Assembly: GCA_964632315.1 (NCBI GenBank) | Contig: CAZWEM010000052.1 | Location: forward strand, 1-31,086 | Length of the DNA: 31,086 nucleotides | Direction of reading: 5' to 3' | Source of the DNA: an uncultured archaeon | Lineage (GTDB): Archaea; Asgardarchaeota; Lokiarchaeia; Sigyniarchaeales; SOKP01 | Shown here: piece after piece, positions 25,906 to 31,086 of the stretch | Numbering within the stretch: the stretch's first letter is position 1 | Layout: every line of letters begins with the position of its first letter | The notes under the pieces: model-generated | What the model was told of the DNA's origin: nothing | Seen by the model: only the letters and a program-made list of their open reading frames with translations | The model's database searches: none | Program-made: the position numbers and the translations under genes

Positions 25906-26703
25906 TTATAATTCTTGTTTCTTAAACTTCCAAGTGGCTAATATTATAAATAGAACATCTAATAATAGAGTTGATACGATTGGTAATATAGAAAAGAAAG
26001 GTTCTCCCAGTATAATTGAAACAACAATTGAATCCCCTCCTGTTTGATTTAAGATCAAACTGAAAGGAAGAATATAATTAGCTAACGGAATTGAAAGGAG
26101 TAACTGCTGGATAAAGTTAAACATCATTGGAATACCAGCTACAATCCCTGCCTTATCTTTAAAAGTTCCTAAATAAAGCGTGAAAGCAATGAAAAAAACG
26201 TGATACGATGCTAGCAATCCCAATGAAATAATAAATCCAAAAGGATCTATTGAAATATCAGTCAGAGCAGATATTTCAAAATATCCAATTATTCCAGGAA
26301 TAAAAACAACAGTCAATAAGAGAAAGGTAGTATTCCCAAGTAACTTAGCAAAAATGAACGAGTTCCTAGAAATAGGTTTTGAAAGAATCCATGATACGAT
26401 TCCAGTAGTTCGTTCTTGTACAATAGTACCTTGCATTATTAAGATTGTTTCAATGGGAGGGAAGAAACCAAGAAAGAGGAAAAATATTGTTAATCCTAAA
26501 GCAGAATTTGAAGTAGGATCTCCAATAATAACTAATAAAGTGATTCCATTTGCAATGAAGATCCATAACAATGTCGTCCAAATCCAAGTTCTGCTTTGCC
26601 ACCATTCATTTAGTTCGAGTAACAGTAAATTTTTAAATCCGCCAAATTTGTTATCCATATCAATTGGTAATAAATTATCACTTCTAGAAGTTATTATCAT
26701 CAC
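25906..26703 (-). CDS. ABC-2 type exporter permease
   Basis: ERTTG...ILSKPISR...FAK motif, about six TM segments, F.KQEL terminus. Confidence 0.88.
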   Translation of the reverse strand: MMIITSRSDNLLPIDMDNKFGGFKNLLLLELNEWWQSRTWIWTTLLWIFIANGITLLVIIGDPTSNSALGLTIFFLFLGFFPPIETILIMQGTIVQERTTGIVSWILSKPISRNSFIFAKLLGNTTFLLLTVVFIPGIIGYFEISALTDISIDPFGFIISLGLLASYHVFFIAFTLYLGTFKDKAGIVAGIPMMFNFIQQLLLSIPLANYILPFSLILNQTGGDSIVVSIILGEPFFSILPIVSTLLLDVLFIILATWKFKKQEL

Positions 26704-27658
26704 CTATCAGTTGTAGAAATATTTCTTCTAATTCAAATTTCTTTTTAGAATATTCGAGTATTGTGACTGATTCATCTTTTAAGAAAGCTCTAAGTAATTT
26801 CTTTTCTGCTAAACTTTCATCATTGACATTAACATACCAAGTTTTTTTCTTTTCAGAGTCTTGTTCTTGGATATTAGTAACATAGGATTCGCTGATTATA
26901 ATGTTCTGTAGACTATCTCTTCCTCCGTTGAAAGTTATTTCATAAATTGTTCCTTCATTTCCTGCTAGTAATTTTTCAATTGGTCCTTGGGCAATTAATT
27001 TACCTCGATTCAGTATCGCCACATTGTCACTTACACGTTGTACATCGTCAAGTAAGTGAGTTGAATAAAAAATGGTTGATTGTTCTCGTAATTTTGACAT
27101 TAATTTCAAAACATCATGACGCCCTATTGGATCTAAAGAAGCTGCGGGTTCATCTAGAATTAAGAGATCGGGATAATGAATTACTGATTGAGCTATACCT
27201 AATCTTTGTTTTTCACCACCAGAAAAATATTTGACTGGTCTGTCTGCTTTATTTTCCAACTCTACAAGATCTATCACTTCTGAGACTCGTTCTTTAATTT
27301 TAGATTTAGGTCCGGAAAAGTAAAACTTTAACGAGAATTCCAAGATATCTCTTGCCACCATATTTTCATAAAAATTAGGATTTTGAGGAAGATAACCAAT
27401 GTGGTATCTGATTTTTAAATTCTCTGTAATGATATTATTATTAAATACGAATGCTTCTCCACTCGAGGGATGAATTAATCCTAATAATAATTTAATAGTA
27501 GTAGTTTTGCCAGCACCATTAGGTCCTAAGAATCCAAAAATAGAATTCTTTTTTACTTTAAGATTTAAGTTTTTTAAGGCTTCTACACCGTTATAATTCT
27601 TGCTTAAATTATGAGTTTCTATGATATTAATGATGGGTTCTAACATGATAATTGCCAC
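26684..27658 (-). CDS. ABC-2 type exporter ATP-binding protein
   Basis: GPNGAGKTT, FSGGEKQRLGIA, LILDEP, STH. The true start may be ATG 27646. Confidence 0.93.
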   Translation of the reverse strand: MAIIMLEPIINIIETHNLSKNYNGVEALKNLNLKVKKNSIFGFLGPNGAGKTTTIKLLLGLIHPSSGEAFVFNNNIITENLKIRYHIGYLPQNPNFYENMVARDILEFSLKFYFSGPKSKIKERVSEVIDLVELENKADRPVKYFSGGEKQRLGIAQSVIHYPDLLILDEPAASLDPIGRHDVLKLMSKLREQSTIFYSTHLLDDVQRVSDNVAILNRGKLIAQGPIEKLLAGNEGTIYEITFNGGRDSLQNIIISESYVTNIQEQDSEKKKTWYVNVNDESLAEKKLLRAFLKDESVTILEYSKKKFELEEIFLQLIGDDNNF

Positions 27659-27863
27659 GATTAGATTATGACTTAAATAATAGCAACTAGAACAAATTTT
27701 AAAGATTGGGATGATATTTCCTAATAATATTTACTCTGATTTATCAAATAAAAACTTGATCATAAAATTTCATCCAAAATAGGTCCGATAGTAGGTTTGA
27801 ATTATCTAGAATCGTTTCATCAAAAATGGGACTGTAGAAATACTGTAAATTTAAAACTTTTAT

Positions 27864-28385
27864 TTGAAATATATAAGAAATTCAATGGTTATTATGAGTT
27901 CAAAAAAAGTAGGTTATGAACGAGAAATGCCTTATACTCACTTCTATCTGATATTTACACCACTTTTGTTTATTACAGTATGGATATTAGATACAATTTT
28001 TTGGAAATTCTCCGTAATACTTAATGATTTTGTACCTCTCCTCTTAAGGCTTATTTTATTCATCTCAATTACGATCATCGCACTTCTTTTGATAAAAATA
28101 TCCCATAAGACTCTTTTTAAATCCCACGCTCCACCAAATATTTTAATTAGCAACGGAATTTTAGGAAAGACTCGAAATCCTATGTATTTTGGTATTTTAT
28201 TGATATATATTTCATTCCTATGTTTATCAATTTCTCTAATCAGCCTTACAGTTTTTTTCTTAATTTTTCTAATTTACAATACTATGGTTAAATTCGAAGA
28301 AAAAATTTTAGAGGAAATCTTTGGTGAACAATTCTTAGAATATAAGAAAAAGGTTCCAAGATGGTTTCCAAAATTCAAAAATTAA
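27864..28385 (+). CDS. Isoprenylcysteine carboxyl methyltransferase (ICMT/Ste14/PEMT) family membrane protein
   Basis: LISNG...TRNPMYFG, EEKIL...FGEQF.EYKKKVPRW motifs. The true start is probably ATG 27885 or 27894. Confidence 0.88.
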   Translation: MKYIRNSMVIMSSKKVGYEREMPYTHFYLIFTPLLFITVWILDTIFWKFSVILNDFVPLLLRLILFISITIIALLLIKISHKTLFKSHAPPNILISNGILGKTRNPMYFGILLIYISFLCLSISLISLTVFFLIFLIYNTMVKFEEKILEEIFGEQFLEYKKKVPRWFPKFKN

Positions 28386-28587
28386 TAAGAATGAATCTTT
28401 TTTTCTATTAGATAAATATTAAGCAGAATCTAGTTTTGAAATTTAAATTCAAAATGATAAAAATATGGCATGTATATTTCATATACTTTTATTAAGAGTA
28501 ATCTGAATCTTAAAATTAAAAGTAACAAATTTTATTTCTTTATTTTCCTATTTTAAATTTTAGCTTAATGTGAGTGTATGAAAATAT

Positions 28588-30051
28588 ATGTACGATAAAA
28601 TATTGCTTGCTTTAGACGGATCCTATTATTCTGAATTGGGGATAGAAACAGCATTAAAAATTGCGAAATCTTCGAATCCTAGTGCAATTCTATATGGGTG
28701 CCATGTTTATGCATCAAAAATGCATAAAGTTCGATTTACTGAAATGGAAACGGGATTACCTCAACAATATCAAACAGAAGAAAAGTTGAACTACTTGAGA
28801 GGGACTCATGAAGATCTGATTACTGATGGGATGCAATTAATTTCAGACGCTTATTTGTCACCTTTAGTCCAAAGAGCAATGGAAGAATCTATAAAGGTCG
28901 AGGGTATTACTCCCGAGGGAAGAAATTATGCCAAGTTATTAGAAAGTATACATCGATTTAACCCAGATTTAATTATTCTAGGGGGATGGGGTCATGGTAA
29001 AGTAGATGAAAAAGTATTGGGAAGTTTAACGCAAAGAATTATGCTGCATGTTACAAGATCAGATATTTTGATTATGAAAAAGCCGATGGTCTTCAAATAT
29101 AATCCTATTGTTGTTGGAATTGATGGAAGTCAAAATTCATATGCTGCTTTAGCTAAAGCTGTTGATTTTGCGAAAATTTTTGGAACTGAAATCAACGCCA
29201 TAGCAGTCTACGACCCATACTTCCACACAGGGGTCTTTAGAAAGATTGCAGATGTATTACCAGAAAAGGATCAAAAAAGGTTTAACTTCGTTGCACAAGA
29301 AAAGCTTCATGATGAGATTATAGATAAGGGATTAGAAAAGTTGTATTTAAAAGCATTGAAGAGGGCTGAATTAATGGCTTCTTCTGTGAATGTTCCAATA
29401 AAAATAGAAGTTTTATCAGGGAAGGTATATTCAAAAATAGCAGAATTTTCAAACCTTAAAAATTCTGATTTATTAGTAGTAGGAAGATGGGGATTACATA
29501 AAGAAGATTCGTCTTTTATTGGCTCGCATTCATTTAATAGTACAATATTGAGCAAAAGCAACATTCTTATAGTAAACCCTAGCGAAAAAAGTATCGATGT
29601 ACCCCAGTTAGAGCCTAGAGAACAATTGCCAATTAAATGGACAGCTGAAGCAAATAAAATGAGTGAGAAAATTCCGCCATTTGTAAGAAATATGGCAAAG
29701 AAGATGATTGAAGATTATGCTAGGGAGAATGGATTTTCTGAAGTTGTTCCCGAACTTGTAGAAAATTTAGCAGGTAAATTTGGTATGGAAAGCAAGCTTT
29801 CAATGAAAGAAGAGAAATCTGAAGCGAATTTTAAAAAAGAGTTAAAAAATTCAGATCCAAAGGAAGCAGAAAAGATAGTATTTCGGAAAGTTAAACGACT
29901 TGCCCCAAGTTTTCACCAAAACATTTTAAAGAGTAAAATTTTGGGAGAAATTTTAGAAAATGGTCAAAAAATATTAGTTTATAAAGTAAAAGAGATTTTT
30001 CCTCAATCACCGGCCTTAATCACCGAAAAAACAGTTATAGAGTTTGAGTAA
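28588..30051 (+). CDS. Tandem universal stress protein domains + PCP_red-like domain + small C-terminal beta domain
   Basis: MYDKILLALDGS, GGWGHG...LGS, IVVGIDGS, VGRWG...IGS; WTAEA...KIPPFVRNMAKKMIEDYARENG (BchB/ChlB C-terminal-like). Confidence 0.85.
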   Translation: MYDKILLALDGSYYSELGIETALKIAKSSNPSAILYGCHVYASKMHKVRFTEMETGLPQQYQTEEKLNYLRGTHEDLITDGMQLISDAYLSPLVQRAMEESIKVEGITPEGRNYAKLLESIHRFNPDLIILGGWGHGKVDEKVLGSLTQRIMLHVTRSDILIMKKPMVFKYNPIVVGIDGSQNSYAALAKAVDFAKIFGTEINAIAVYDPYFHTGVFRKIADVLPEKDQKRFNFVAQEKLHDEIIDKGLEKLYLKALKRAELMASSVNVPIKIEVLSGKVYSKIAEFSNLKNSDLLVVGRWGLHKEDSSFIGSHSFNSTILSKSNILIVNPSEKSIDVPQLEPREQLPIKWTAEANKMSEKIPPFVRNMAKKMIEDYARENGFSEVVPELVENLAGKFGMESKLSMKEEKSEANFKKELKNSDPKEAEKIVFRKVKRLAPSFHQNILKSKILGEILENGQKILVYKVKEIFPQSPALITEKTVIEFE

Positions 30052-31028
30052 TGGAAGAAGTAATCAATGTATCGAATATCTGGAAGAAATATAAACAGGG
30101 CAAAGAGTTTGTGCTTAAAGATGTTACTCTTAACCTTTTTAGTAACGAGATTCACGTTCTTTTAGGACAAAACGGCTCAGGAAAGTCGACACTACTTAAA
30201 TTACTTGCACGATTATTAACTGTATCAAAAGGAAAAATATTTTACAAATTTGATGCGTGGAATAATACAGCTAAAGCGTTTAAAAGGGATATAGGAGTTC
30301 TTTTTGATCATAATGCACAATGGGAACAATTGACAGGATATGAAAATGCTTGGTTTTTCGCCAGTTCTTACGGTTTGACAAAACAAGAAATAGAATCTCG
30401 ATTGGAATACTACTTCAAATGGTTAAATTTATGGGATAAAAAAGATGAATTAGTTAAGAATTATTCTTACGGCATGCGAAGGAAATTGACACTTATTGAA
30501 TGCTTAATTCATGATCCAAAGATTTTGTTGTTAGACGAACCTTCAATGGGTTTAGATTATCATTCTCGGGTAGCTTTATATCAGAATCTAAAAGAACGCG
30601 CTTCAAAAGGGACTCTCATAATTGTTGCATCCAATGATGTAAATGAAGCGGCCTTTTTGGCAAATAAGGTAACTATATTAAATAAAGGGAAAGTAATCGC
30701 AACAGGAACGCCAAAAGATTTAATGAAATCATTAAAGCCTTATATTAAAATTGATATTAATCTTACTTTTCCTATTAAATTAGATAATTTAAAAACAGTT
30801 GACGGTTTGACTGAAATTGAGGTTTTAGACAGTGATAAAGATACTAATGATTTTAAAATTATGATTTTAGCAAAACCTAAGGAAATTTCTAGTTATTCAA
30901 CGATATTAGCTGATATAGTTAATGAGATTGTAAAAGAAAAAGGGCAAATCCAAAATATTAATATAAAGAATCCGAATCTTGGAGATTTATTTCTTAAAAT
31001 AAAGGGGGAAGATTATGAATCCAAATAA
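30051..31028 (+). CDS. ABC-2 type exporter ATP-binding protein
   Basis: GQNGSGKST, YSYGMRRKL, LLLDEP. The H-loop His is replaced by Asn (ASND). TAATG overlap with the USP gene. Confidence 0.9.
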   Translation: MEEVINVSNIWKKYKQGKEFVLKDVTLNLFSNEIHVLLGQNGSGKSTLLKLLARLLTVSKGKIFYKFDAWNNTAKAFKRDIGVLFDHNAQWEQLTGYENAWFFASSYGLTKQEIESRLEYYFKWLNLWDKKDELVKNYSYGMRRKLTLIECLIHDPKILLLDEPSMGLDYHSRVALYQNLKERASKGTLIIVASNDVNEAAFLANKVTILNKGKVIATGTPKDLMKSLKPYIKIDINLTFPIKLDNLKTVDGLTEIEVLDSDKDTNDFKIMILAKPKEISSYSTILADIVNEIVKEKGQIQNINIKNPNLGDLFLKIKGEDYESK

Positions 31029-31086
31029 TTTACTTAGCAAGGAATTTATAGAGTTTATTAAAAATAAGAAAACCATGGTCATTAAG
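31015..31086 (+). CDS. 5' end of a probable ABC-2 permease (partial)
   Basis: ATG 31015 gives MNPNNLLSKEFIEFIKNKKTMVIK, open to the window edge and overlapping the ATPase stop. KEF...K is a typical ABC-2 permease N-terminus. Confidence 0.55.
   Translation, partial: MNPNNLLSKEFIEFIKNKKTMVIK

Noticed and set aside
1372-29564. Numerous 60-146 aa antisense or alternate-frame ORFs in the track
   Set aside because: They lie within well-supported genes and show no family motifs (shadow ORFs).
1-31086. Genome-wide UGA reassignment (genetic code 4 or 25)
   Set aside because: Trp is encoded by TGG throughout, other long genes have no in-frame TGA, and TGA is a real stop at 15211, 19568 and 22990-22992 (minus strand).
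1-31086. tRNA (including tRNA-Sec), rRNA, CRISPR array, IS or integrase
   Set aside because: No GC-rich cloverleaf, repeat-spacer array or transposase/integrase motif was seen by eye. The Sec machinery must lie outside this window.

Overview
AT-rich archaeal window, most likely Asgard (Lokiarchaeia). That assignment is inferred from a Loki-CTERM-like tail, a roadblock-like protein and a eukaryote-type SECIS. The central feature is an ~11 kb + strand redox cluster (10066-21160) that the ORF track fragments. It opens with a hidden selenoprotein pair: a full-length 647-aa HdrA with three in-frame TGA codons (10111, 10285, 10660) and a 149-aa MvhD/VhuD with two (12057, 12210). All five TGAs align with Cys codons in the Cys-type paralogs encoded further down the same cluster. 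Directly after the mvhD stop lies a eukaryote-like SECIS hairpin (AUGAC...UGAC core, A-rich apical loop), which appears to serve both cistrons. The rest of the cluster is two FrhB-family proteins, an HdrD-like protein, a 1036-aa double-module Cys-HdrA, a Cys-MvhD and a UroD/MtaA-family protein. The hdrA leader holds a long hairpin and an in-frame uORF ending in UGA. The left flank carries a partial third FrhB, serA, a QueG-like Fe-S protein, an NDP-forming acyl-CoA synthetase alpha subunit, a roadblock-like protein, a Loki-CTERM remnant, a class-III aminotransferase and a HEAT-repeat protein. The right flank carries three ABC-2 exporter modules, an MFS transporter, an ICMT-family protein, a USP-USP-PCP_red fusion and a hypothetical membrane protein. 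I saw no tRNA, rRNA, CRISPR array or mobile element. All family calls are by motif recognition; no database searches were run.
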